Shown one piece after another: positions 12,141 through 24,249 of a stretch of 64,000 nt of DNA. The stretch is from Paraspadella gotoi (lineage: Eukaryota > Animalia > Chaetognatha). The number at the start of each line of letters is the position of its first letter. Within the stretch, counting starts at the first letter, position 1. The translations under genes were made by a program, and so were the position numbers. The notes under the pieces are model-generated. The model was not told where the DNA came from. It saw only the letters and a program-made list of their open reading frames with translations, and searched no databases. Location of the stretch: assembly GCA_051294375.1 (NCBI GenBank), contig CM119265.1, positions 7,202,629-7,266,628 on the forward strand, read 5' to 3'.

Positions 12141-12426
12141 AAACCAAAAGTAAAAGCTAATAATTATAATTTTTGTTTCGATATGATGAAATAGAAATTA
12201 AATTATTTTAAATTTGTTGCGTGGCTGAAACAATTTTATCCCCGGAAAAGAAGCCTCACAAACCAAATCTAAAAACGAAGTTTGCGATAGAATTATAATT
12301 CAATGAATTGAATAAAAAAATCAAAAAATAGAAATAGAATATAGTACTACCATAGTACTGCTCACTCCGAATATGATTTTATATGTGACTTGCACAGTTT
12401 TTAATTTTATCAAACTTTAGGCTCAC

Positions 12427-12506
12427 TTGATCTTTGGTTTTTGATGAAGTAAAGTTGAAGGCGTCCTTTGAAGGATTTTTCGTTGACGTAAAACTCGACC
12501 CGCACA
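12427..12506 (-). CDS. slo-2: SLO-2/KCNT potassium channel exon, N-terminal cytoplasmic segment: (x)[26 protein letters not shown](S)
   Basis: 80-nt exon, acceptor ccctttcag, donor GTGAGC. Translation matches the KCNT1/SLO-2 hallmark [27 protein letters not shown]. Phase joins the next exon (A+GT=Ser). Confidence 0.96.
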
Positions 12507-12583
12507 CTGAAAGGGGAAAAAACGTCTCTTCATAAATAATAATTAATATATATATTAATATATTAATATATATATTAATATTA

Positions 12584-12730
12584 ATTGAAAGCTTGCAGGG
12601 ACCTGCTATGTCATTATCTTGTAAGAGTGATGGAGGCCTTAAACCACCAAAGCCTGTCCAAAGTCAGGGGCAAGATAGCTTATTTATTAAATGAATGGAT
12701 AATTTTTATATTGGTTGTACCAATTTCATA
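12584..12730. repeat. Family A repeat, inverted truncated copy
   Basis: Its reverse complement is identical to 21063-21209 over 147 bp by manual comparison. Confidence 0.92.
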
Positions 12731-13670
12731 CTAATTACGCTTTTTTATAACGATAATAAGCTTACCTATTTGTTTAAATTATACCATTTTATCGAAAAAC
12801 AGAGACCAGACCTCGCTCAAACTCTTTAATCGACGCCCCCTCCCCCCTAAAAATGGCGGCTACGACGAAAACAACAAAACAACAAAAGTCATGAATTAGA
12901 AAACAAGAAGGAAAGTCAAATGTTTATTGCGCGCGGGATTCGAAAGTTTACTGAGCGAATGATAAAAGCCCAGAAAACGAGACGATGTTTTAATTTAAAT
13001 TCGGCGAGGGAAAACACAGCAAACAGTCGCTGCTATAACGGTTTGTTTTTTTTTATTACTATTATTATTATCCCTATATTTATACTATAAAAACAATTAA
13101 AATTTTAACAGGGTCGAATTCTAAGATTAAAATACGTTTTTCAGGAGGTGGAGACCCAGTTGGAAAGAGACTCCCTAACGCGAGAATCTTAATTTGAATA
13201 TTTTTTGCATTTAAATTCTAAAAGTGGAGCGTCTCTATCTTTTCCTTTTCACGATTTTCATTGGTTGATCTCAATTTATTTAGCTTCTTTGGTTATATCC
13301 TTTTGTTTGAACTCATTTTTCACGTCATTTTCCAGGGAAAGTTCCGAGGAAAATACTATCATATTTAATTACGCTTTCTGAGGTAACAAATGGCAAACTA
13401 ACGATTTATGCTAATATTAGTTTATTTTTGTATAGCATTGCCCTTATTTTTATTTTTCGTCAAAGTACGTGAGGCTTAACCAGTAGAAGTTATAGTCTAA
13501 TAATGTTGTTTTAATCTCCATTGATAACGTCATCGTTCTACATGATCGACGTCGTTGTCGTCGTCGTTAACGCCGCCAATGACGTCTCCAATGATCCGTC
13601 GAAGAACATCAAAAAATCCATTTTCCTCTTCGTCTCAAGTTGAGACCCTCTCGCTCTCACTCTCGCTCAC

Positions 13671-13687
13671 CTTTTGATCCGGAAGGG
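13671..13687 (-). CDS. Candidate 17-nt microexon of slo-2, PFRIK(S)
   Basis: Long pyrimidine tract ending ...gtcacctccccag, then CCCTTCCGGATCAAAAG, then donor GTGAGC. Read from phase 0 it ends in phase 2, as the 12506 acceptor requires. No homology support. Confidence 0.4.
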
Positions 13688-13809
13688 CTGGGGAGGTGAC
13701 GGGGGGGGGGATACAGAAAACGAATGAGTAAAGTATGAATGGTTTAGACGAGGAGAGTGCTCAGACTGTTTTGCAAGAACCGTGAAACGGAGAGAAACAC
13801 GCTCAGAGA

Positions 13810-13840
<31 letters not shown>

Positions 13841-15379
13841 TGAGAGAGAGAGAGAGAGAGATAAATATATCTCAGTTCGTGAAAACGTGTGTATGAGCGC
13901 CTGTGTACATGATTGATGTCATGCATAGAAAGTATCAGAGAGAAAAAGAGAGAGAGGGAGAGCAAAGGCGAGAGAGAAACATGAAAGGAAACAGAAGAAT
14001 ACAAGAGTGATACTAGAGTAACTTTAGTTAACTGGAAAGCTTGAACTTTGAAAGCGACGACCATCGCATGAAAAAAGTAAAAAGCCAGGACAGCAATAAT
14101 TAGAGAAAGGGGGATATTAACCGCTGTTATTTACGAGACAGACTTTTACATTTTTTTTGTACTAACAATTCTTTTCAGAATATTATAAGTTTTTCACCAT
14201 GAATAATGAATGTAATTTATGGAGTATCATGGTTGGCGACCACCTTCCTAACAACTCCGTGGTTAGGACTGAGGCCCGCCGGTACAATTTAAGGAGAGAG
14301 TTTTATTTAAAGTAGTTATTAATTAATTGTATTCTGTTCTTGTTGGAAGAAAGTCGATTAAAAAAAAGGGGTGGAAAGTCCAAAGGAAAAAAAATGGACG
14401 CTTCGTTAAGTTTCCCTTAGGAATTGAATTCTGAATTTTGAGTGAAGAGAAAAAAAGCAAAGAAGAGCGAAGATGTAGAGAAAATTAAAATAAAATGGTG
14501 ATTTCCGTGAGAGAACGACTTCCACGCAAAAAAATTGAACTAAAATTACAAAAGAAAAATTAACATTTTAGTAACAATAGGGCGTCCGAACCAAGGACAG
14601 AAAGAAAGTCCTCTTGAGAAAAAGTGTGAAGCTGTAAAAGTGTGAAGGTGATTCGCATTAATTCCCGTTTGAGTCTCACGAACTCAAGTCTTTCCTGTTT
14701 TTTTTTAGAGGGACAGCGATAATCGTTTTTAACGTCGTTAGATTTTAAATTTTAAATAATATTTTGTATTTCATTAAAAAAAAAACTGGGAGGAAAAATC
14801 CACTGTATAAAATTATTTCATATTATTACCATTTTTTTCCTGTTGTAACAATATAACCTAGATATAATGAAATTAACTAAAAACTTAAAAACAAGGTTTT
14901 TGTTTTAAATCGCGTTCGTTGAACCGATAATTTATCCTTCATTGGCTTCCTTCGTCTCACGCCAACTCAAACCACCTCTCGCCCGGCAAAGAAAAGAAAA
15001 GATAACTCGATCACCTCAGCCTTCGAAAAAATCGCGGAGGCAGAAAGACGCGAGGAAACCTTATTAAATATGGAAACTTCGTTAGTCGAAAACAAAAGAG
15101 AAAGGCGAGACGAGGACGAGGACCGAAGGGCTGCCGGCAGGGGCGGGGGTGGCTGGGCCCGAGGGGCTGAAGTGCTAAAAAAATAAGACAAAAAAGGATT
15201 AGGCTTTCAAAAGGCCGAAGCAAAATGCCGGAACGAAGAAAAGGGAATGGTGAATTGTTTTAAACGTCTCAAACGGGCCGCGTCGGCAGTGGCTGCGACT
15301 GTGAAAAAATATGACAGCCTCTTATTATCGCTGCGCAGTACGTATTGAAGAAATAGTAATTACAGTTATGTGTTAATGA

Positions 15380-15545
15380 TAGAACTCTTCAATATAAGCA
15401 GTCTCTGAGCTTCGGATCAGGCTGTAACACCGTGTTACATGCGTGTTAAGCGCCCCGTCACTCTTAACTGCTAGGCGACCACCGGGCTAGAACCTCGGAC
15501 CTTTGGGTTGGGAGGCGAATGACTTGCCTCCGGCACCAATGGCCG
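15380..15545 (-). mobile_element. Probable tRNA-derived SINE (tRNA-Gly-like head)
   Basis: Minus strand GGCCATTGGTGCCGGAGG (A-box-like) ... TCGCCTCCCAA ... AGGTCCGAGGTTCTAGCCCGG (B-box-like). The anticodon stem does not pair, and an unrelated body follows. 3' boundary approximate. Confidence 0.5.
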
Positions 15546-16280
15546 GTGATTAACGGAAGGTGGATTTTAGTCCACCGTAGTATTGCTATGGAAACCAAAG
15601 GTAACAATGTAGACTGAAAGAGAGGTGAGCCTGTGAAGGCGGGATTTTAATGAAAAAGCTGTGATTATAATATTAAATACATCGTGTCACTTTAAGAAGA
15701 CTGTCTTTAGACAGATTCTGCGGCGTGGGCACTTGCTTTACTTTTCATTGTCTTTCTTTAGTTTATTTTCACGGACCAATGTGGACACGGGGTATTTCAT
15801 TAGCATTCGCTGGCATCGATCGCTCTGCGTTTTTGACATTGTCGTCCTCTCTGTTGTCACTGCTATTGCAATGGTTTTTTACCGGGAACTCTGGCGGACG
15901 TTTTAGTCAACTCGACTTTGACGAAGAGAAACTTGTCATTGTAATTTCTGAACGTTCGTTAAACTGAAAACAAGAAAAAAATGGCGACGACGAACAAGAG
16001 AAAATTTTTAGTAATTTTGAAAAATTCTTTTTCCTGCAATCTCGAGTTATGGTGCAAGACTTCGCCTCTCGATCACTGTGCCTCCACTAAGCCTCGATCA
16101 CTGTGCCTTGACTTGGCCTCGATATCCATGATTTCGTCTCCTACGTGGAATCGAAAATGAGATTCTTTGTTCTAACAACAATCAGAGTTGGAGGCGACAA
16201 CCAACGACTACGAATGACTATTTGCAATTTGTGGCGTCGGTTTTTAAAGAACATGGCGTTTCGTATGAGAATTGGGGATG

Positions 16281-16394
<114 letters not shown>

Positions 16395-16674
16395 AAGAAA
16401 GAAAAAAACCCAAAATCCAGTGATTTTCAAATGTGCGGAGAGAGAGCGAGGGATTATTGACGCGATGAAGCAATGAACATTAATTGTCTTTTAAATACAG
16501 TGTGTAGTCAACAGGGAACACTGAACACTGAGGTGAACACTGAACAGCGAGGAATTTTCATGGGAACGATTTCCGACGAACGAGACTCTAGCGCGGGAAG
16601 AGAAACTCGTTCATCATCTCGATTCTTCCCCGGGTGGAGACAGAGAGAGAGAGAGAGAGAAAGAGAAAAAAAAA

Positions 16675-16712
<38 letters not shown>

Positions 16713-16826
16713 GAGAGAGAGAAAGAGGGGGAGAGAGAGAGGGAGAAAGAGGGGGAGAAAGAGAGGGAGAGGGAGAGAGAAAGAGAGAAAGATGGAGAGA
16801 GAGAGAGAGAGTGAGAGAGAGAGAGA

Positions 16827-19800
16827 ATTGAATTTGAAATTTGAATTTGAATTTATTCAATGGGGCTTTAGGCACAAAATAAAACAATAGGCCATAAAAA
16901 GCTACTTTATTACATTTAAGTCTACGAATTTAGGCATTCATCATGAAATCTTTCCAATTTACAATTTATGCATGTATTTTCCCTTTGTAAATAATCCCAT
17001 CCAACAGCGTTTCGATAGGTGAAATGTTTGTCTGAATAGTATTAGAATAATATGATTAATAGCATCGTCAAATAGGTGATTTCCTCGGATAATTCTTTTC
17101 AATCTCCGTACAGCAAAGTTTTTAACATAGTCAGATAATGGTATTTGGCCTGCGGCATCTAAATGTGGCAGCAGTAGGAGTATGACATAGGTAAATTTTG
17201 AAAAATACGAATGGCTCTTAATTGTAAGCGATCAAATTTCATCCAGTGATAATTACCAGCAGACAGCAAACAAGGAGATGAGTATAAAAATAGAGAAACT
17301 ATAAGACTTTGAAATAGTTGATGAACTAAACGATAATTATTCCCAGTTACAAAACGCGAAAGTCTATTGATTGCAAGAATTTTACATTTTGCTTTTTTAA
17401 ATAAATCATTAACGTGAAATGTCCAAGTAAGTTTTTTATCAATTATACACCCTAAAAACTTTACGTTGTCACACATTGGAATTTTTCTACCAAAATAATG
17501 TTAAATTAACGCAAAAGTTAAAAAGAATTAAAACTTCGTGTAATAACTATACAGTTAGATTTATCTGGACAAAGATCTAAAAACCACATTTCGCACCATC
17601 TTTCAAGTTTATGAAGTGTCCGTTGGAGAGCCTTTTCTGCTATAATGCGGATCTTTAGATGAAGCCCACAAGCTTGAGTCGTCTGCATATTGTGCAGCAC
17701 TACCTCAAAAACATCAAGAGCACCACCTTGAATGCAGGTTGATCGAGAGGTAAATTTGGATCTGGATCTTGATCTTGATTATGATCGGGATTAAACGTGA
17801 GATTGAGATGATTGTGTAATGCTTAATGGCTTGGGCAAGAAATGGGTAGGTCACCGACGTAAAGAGCAAATAATTCAGGACTGAGAACCGCTCCTTGTGG
17901 AGATCCACACAGAATCATAACTCTCCGTGATTGCTCACCCTCGACTGACAACGCCAGAAGCTTCTATTAGTTAGAAAGGAGTTAAGAAGACGAATCATAT
18001 CTTTAGATATTCCAGACTAATTAGCTTGTAACGAAGTCCATCATGCCAGATGTTATCAAGGCTTTGCTGTAATCGAGAGTGACAAGTATGGTTGCACCTC
18101 TGGCTTTAAAGCATCTGTGGGAGTCTTCAATTAATCGGACAATGTTTTCAGGGGCAGATCGCCCTTTTCGATATCCTGATTTGAAGAGAATTTCTTGCAC
18201 CTGCAGCTTTTAACATCGTAATTAGTCCCGGAAGAATTAACCTTTCAAGAAGTTTTCCGAGAACAGACAAGGCTAATGGGTCGATAATTTCTGGAGTTTG
18301 TAGCGTCTTTACCACTTTTTAGGAATCATACGATCAGGGCCAGTTTCCACACATCGGGAAAGTACCCAAAACGAAAACAACTTTCATATATATGTTGCAG
18401 AGTCAACAAGCTTTCTATCGGCAAATTACGAAGCATGAGATGGTTTACATAATCTACCCCAGCTGCAGATCTTATCTTAAGTGTTTTGATTATTTCAATT
18501 AGGTTTTCCATATCGAGAGCATCTTTAATAAAAGATTCAAAGTCAGGGTCATAATTTCTTTTGATTGTGCTGGGTGACAGATGTGAATGATACTCGGCGA
18601 CAAATTTTTTTATTTTATTTGCCCAGTCTTCTTTTTCTGGTGGAACCGGTGAGGGTGCCTAACATACCTTCTAATTTTTCTGCAAAAACTTCGAGGTTAG
18701 CAGCATTGTCCTCTGCTCTGATCCATCGGCACGAAGTAGCATTGCATCTGGTGGAGAACTTGGAGAATAATTGGTTATATTATTGATCATTTTCCATTTT
18801 TTCGCAGCGTCTTTTTCAGAAGTATTCTTTTTACTTCATATTTGTAGTGTTCCGCTAAACATCGTTTGTTTGCATATTTTAACTTTCGGCAGATGTAATT
18901 ATATTCCTTTTTGATGTTAGGTGAGCTGAAAAACCATTTTTTTCTGTAATTGCAAATTTTTTCGAGACATTCTTCTTCCTTTTGACAAGGTTTTGTGTGA
19001 TTATGTCTATTTTTATGCCATTTTTGGTGAAGGTGGGTTTTGTACAGTACTTTTGTTATAAAGAATTAATGATAAGGTTTGAAAAGGTTTCAATCTTTTT
19101 ATCTAATTCATTGGTATTAGAAACACGATCGTTTATACAGTGAATTTCATTTTTAATGTTTTCGCGAAATTTATTCCAATCTGTAGTTTTAGAGTAGCTT
19201 GTGTGTTTATAATATTTAAAGGTAAAAGTCGTAAGAATGGGCAAATGATCTGATCCTACGTCATCTAGGACCGTACTGGATTCAATCTTTGTGACAGACT
19301 GACCCGTCGTTAAGACGATATCCAAGACATTTGCTTCACCATTTGACTTACTAATGTATGTAGGAGAATCTCCATGTACCGAAATAATTTGTATTTAGAG
19401 ATATAAGATAACAGATTTCACCTTGTTGTGTGTCGAATCTTCCACCTAGTAAAGTATGTGAAGAATTCAGATCTCCAGCAAAGATGGTTAGGGAGATATT
19501 CGGTTTATTTGATATTTCAGCATAGAATTTAAAAATATTTTCATCTAATTTACAAGCTGGGTGATTGTATGCGGTTCCAATATCAATCTTTCTCTTCCAT
19601 TTAGTAAGATTTCAACGTAATAACTTTCTCTTGCTCTGTATCGGGATTTAAGATGCAGGCTGGTATATTTTTGGGACTGCATCATTATCTCGCGCAGCAT
19701 TTGAATTTGATTCTTTTAAAATAACTTTAAAATTTTTAAAACAAAATATGTCTCCTTGTTTGCTTCTCACATCATTGCATATTAAAAAAGATGGTAGTAA

Positions 19801-19890
19801 TTTTTATAAAAATTACAAGATTTTGTAATTCTAATAAGCGTTTTGGGTACCATTTGTGTTTATGTTTAAGATTGCAACAGGCAGACTTTG
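16827..19890 (-). mobile_element. Decayed non-LTR retrotransposon (Jockey-like LINE ORF2: APE endonuclease plus reverse transcriptase)
   Basis: Minus-strand motifs broken by stops and frameshifts. APE: IFAGDLNS, SPTY...LDIVL, GSDHLPI. RT: SAAGVD, YFPDVWKLA, NYRPISL, GYRKGRS, WHDGLRYKL, PQGAVLSP.LF.LYV.DLP, QYADD, WCEMW...PDKS, VKFLG.IIDKKLTW..HV, KFDRLQLRAIR. 3' end has AATAAA followed by a (TTCAAA)n-like tail. No ORF1 or RNase H seen. Confidence 0.93.
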
Positions 19891-19907
19891 AGAGAGAGAG
19901 AGAGGAG

Positions 19908-19938
<31 letters not shown>

Positions 19939-19941
19939 GGC

Positions 19942-19992
<51 letters not shown>

Positions 19993-20372
19993 AGAGAGAG
20001 CAGAAGAAGAGAGAGAGAGAGAGAGACAGAAGAGAGAGAGAGGAGAGAGAGAAAGAGAGAGAGAAGAAAGGAGAGAGAGAGATGAAAGCCAGTGTGGCGC
20101 GAAAACCGATTCCCTTCTCGTGGGAGGAGGAGTAAGAGACGATCAAAGAGAGATGGAGGGAAAGGAAGGGGGGGGGAGTCGGGCATGGGAGGGGGGAAAT
20201 GGTGTATTGATTTGAAAGGAGAAGATGAATGGACGGTAGGGAATGCCGATGCAAAAAAAAACAAAAAAAAAAAAAAACAAAAAAAAAAAAAAAAAGTAAC
20301 CGACGACTCAATCGATTTTCTTTCTTGGTTCGAGTCGCCTCGATCCTGAAGAATAATCAAAAACAATAACAG

Positions 20373-20536
20373 TCTGCTTGCGCCGCCTTCAGGAAATCAT
20401 AAAACTATAAAGAATAAAAGACGGAATTCCGATGCAGTGCGTTTGTTATACATAAATTTCATAGTCATGTAGTCATGTGATCACAGGGAAAGGGAAGTCA
20501 CTGCGGCGCAACACATTTGATGGACCGATCTTGTTA
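20373..20536 (+). mobile_element. 3' fragment of the HINE-like family
   Basis: Matches 35928-36107 (gcgccgcctt.aggaaatc.taaaactataaagaataaaag ... aagtcactgcggcgcaacacatttgatggaccgatcttgtt). Confidence 0.65.
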
Positions 20537-21062
20537 GATTACATTTTACATTAAAGTTAAAATCATTTAGCTAAATCACGTCCGATCGGTTTGTTCGCTG
20601 AGCGAATGTTTTTTTTCCTTCCAAACTCCGTCGCGGGGCAAAAACCGGGAAAACCGTCAGCGGAGACGATTTGTCACGCGTCACGCGATCCTTCTCGTAA
20701 AGTCACGTGGGGAAAGAGAGTAAAAAAAATTGAGACGAACGTGGGAGGATGGCTTGGCCGGAGATTGGCTGATAGATAGATCTAGAGGTTTGATTGTAAG
20801 ATAAAAATCTCGATAAGTAGATTCTGGGGGATGTATATAAAGAAGTCGTGATGACGACTAAAGGTTCTTTTAAAAATATTTTCGTCCCCGATTTTTACCT
20901 TTTTTTCCCCTTAAATTTCATATTTTTGAGCCAAACAAGAAAAAGTTCCATAAAACAAAACTCCATCCGTTCAACAATCTTTTCTCCAGTGAAGACATTT
21001 TTAAACGAAAAAATTATATATATATATATCTATATTTATTTACATATATAGATAATTATATA

Positions 21063-21273
21063 TATGAAATTGGTACAACCAATATAAAAATTATCCATTC
21101 ATTTAATAAATAAGCTATCTTGCCCCTGACTTTGGACAGGCTTTGGTGGTTTAAGGCCTCCATCACTCTTACAAGATAATGACATAGCAGGTCCCTGCAA
21201 GCTTTCAATCAAGACTCTCTCACAGTCCCGTTTATTCACTCCCAGAGTACCTGGCTTCCCTATCAATGAAGTG
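21063..21273. repeat. Unclassified ~210-bp interspersed repeat (family A), longest copy
   Basis: Other copies at 53219-53428, 8533-8735, 5405-5465 (partial) and, inverted, 12584-12730 and 25395-25469. Copies share the terminus TATGAAATTGGTACAACC. Confidence 0.9.
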
Positions 21274-22372
21274 GAAAATATTTCAAAGAATGTTTCAATT
21301 GTATGAAAAGACCACTCCCTTAAGTATTAGATCGGGGAATACTTATTGTACTCCGCACTAGCATCAAAATACAAGGAGCTGAATTTTATTTCATTCCACA
21401 ACATTTATAATTTTATACCCTTCCTTTATTCCCGACAAACCCCAATGTTTCGTTCACTTTAATCCATTTATTCATGTTATTCATATCCTTTAAATCAAAG
21501 CTAAACAAGAATTTATCCTCTCTGGCCGATCGGCCGAGCGACGGCAGAGAGAGTGGGTGTGGGTTTCTCTCTTCGCCGTCGAGATGGCGACACGAGATGC
21601 CACTGAGGAAAGCGCCTCATATTGGAAACGAGGAAGGCGCCTCTTAAATTTGTTGAGACAATGGAACCGGCGTATTTTCAATCTGGGTGAAAATTGGAAG
21701 GTATGGAGGATAAAATATTATTGTTGAGTTCTAGGATTTTGCTGGTCCGTAAGAAACGCTCCATTAGGTATGGGCAAAGGAGCTATTTGAATAGGGAAAG
21801 CGTCACCCAATGAGGGAAAGAGCTACCCTGGTAGGAAAGGCGACAATCGTGAAGGAAAAGCCAGTATCCTAATGGCGCTGGCACTTCACGGATCGGAAAA
21901 GGCGCCATTCGCAGAAAGTGGAGCGCGCCGCTCTAAAAAAGGGAAGGCGCCATTCGAGTTTAAAAAAAAAAAGAAAAGAAAAGGCGTCGGACTCTCAATC
22001 CAGCGACAGGAATCTCCTCATAACTCGTTCCTGATTTCCCTCGTGGCGGATGAGTCGTTCCCTCGACTCCATTTGCTTCGCTTTACCCCATCTCACCCCA
22101 CGCCCCCTCCCCCTCTATCCCCCGTCGGCAACTTTTTTTGTGTTTTTTTTATTCGCTTCTCGCGTCTTTTTTTTTTTACGTTGCTCTTTTGGTCTTTGGT
22201 CTTTTCTCCTTCTCTCTTTTATGGGCCTTTACAACTCGGCAAATCTGGGGCGTAATTTTAGTGGATTTTTGAGGGTTTAAACGTTTTTATGAACAACTTC
22301 ACGTATTCTTAAATAGTATTTAAATGTAAGCGAGAAAGTAGTTATTTATTTTGTATTTTGTATTTTTTTTTT

Positions 22373-22545
22373 TTTATTGGCGCTCGTGGTTGCGTGTGGG
22401 AGCGACAGTATGGTCAGGAACCTCTTTGGATAGAAATTCGCGTACTCGATCAATTGGAGGGAGAACAGCCTGGCGAAGGCATTCTACGTCAATTCTGTCG
22501 ATGTTTAGTCGGCGATTGCCTTTGGTTCCAGGAAGTCGGTTTTAA
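22373..22545 (-). mobile_element. Possible hAT-like transposase C-terminal fragment
   Basis: Minus frame ...LQLIEYANFYPKRFLTILSLPHATTSAN resembles the xYPxxxxxxxxxLSLPHSNAxxER dimerisation-domain motif. Short, with stops upstream. Confidence 0.3.
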
Positions 22546-23090
22546 GACAATGTTTTTATATATTGAAAAACATTTATAAGAACGTTCTGTAAATTTGTTT
22601 ACACTTTTTCAAACATTCTTAATTTTTGATTCGTTTTCGTTGAAAAAATTTAAAAAATGAGAGGAAGTGGAGGGGAAAAGAGGGAGAGATGTCGAAGAAG
22701 TAAGATAAAAAGGAAAAAAGGTTTAGTTGATTAATTAGGGACTTTGTAGGGAGGCGAAGTGGAAGGAACGGTGCGAGAGAGAGAGAGAGAGAGAAAATGG
22801 AAGAGAACCAACATGAATGGGTAATTTCGTTCGCCGCCATTTAAGGGGACCAAGTGACCAGGGGGGTAAAAAGCTGGTTCTGACCATATAATCCTTTTTT
22901 CTATAAATATTTGGGAAAGTAGATAAAACAATTAATGACTATCACCATTAAAATTCCTTTGATGATAGACCCTTAAGCTTATGATATCATTTATATCACT
23001 AGGTGCCCTTAACCGGCCATTGAAATATCGTAAGCAAAACTCCATATTAAACACATTTATCAAGGATAATGCAAACAAAAATAAGGGAGT

Positions 23091-23148
<58 letters not shown>

Positions 23149-23312
23149 AAGAGAGATAGAAAAAGAGAGGGAGAGAGATAAAGATTTTTGCCCAACAAAT
23201 GAAAGAGAAAATGAAAATTATGAAGAGAAAATAAAAGTTTAAAATGCTTGTCAGTTAAAAAAAAAGGTTAAAATGAAAAAATGAAGAGTTCTGACTTTTA
23301 AATTGAAGTGGG

Positions 23313-23354
<42 letters not shown>

Positions 23355-24200
23355 GTTTTCTACGAGGATGGAATTAAAAAGAAATTAAGGAAAGAATAAA
23401 AAAATGATTTATTTAAAAAATGTTGATAATGACATTATCAAAGGAAAGTTGATAAATCATTATCTCTCGCTGTTGCCGTAAAATGGCTTGCGATCTACAT
23501 AAACGATGTCAATCAAAAACGCTTTTACAAGTTTTAAACCTTAAAAATTCCAATTGCAATATTTCCAAGAAATATAAAGATTTAAAATTTTTTTTTTAGT
23601 ATTTTTTTTCTTAGGGGGAGGGGGAGAATTTTTTTTTTAAAGATCAGTTCTTCTTGTTACTTTTATTGCTTCTTGTTACATTTAACTTTTATTTTAATTT
23701 GACAACAAAGAATTTCATATTAGGACGGAGAGAACAAAGGCAAAGCCAACGAAGAAGATGATTACGTCGAACACAACGACCACATTGACGTCGATAAACG
23801 GATTCGACCTTGTGATTGTCGATGATAAAAGAAAGAGAGAGATGATGATGATGAGAGAGAGAGAGAGAGGGGAAGATGGAGAAATGAATAAAAATGATAT
23901 AAAAATGGCGCGAACATCCAAAAATAAACCGTGTAAGCGATTTTCACAGTCATCATCTCCCGTGGAAATTGCGGAGGTTCATACGAGGTCAAGCTTTAGG
24001 GTTTCAAACTCGAAAAAGCTTCGCAATTTTCCTTTAATAACGGGGAGATTTTTCTTTTTCGTCAAAAATGTTTGGAAGGAAGGTTATCTCGAGGTGACAG
24101 ACGGGAAAGGCAGCTGAAGCAAGCACGTTTCATGCTGTAAAATGGGGAAGTGAAAGAGAGAAAGAGAAAGAGAGAGAAGAGAGAGGAGAGAGAGAGAGAG

Positions 24201-24249
<49 letters not shown>

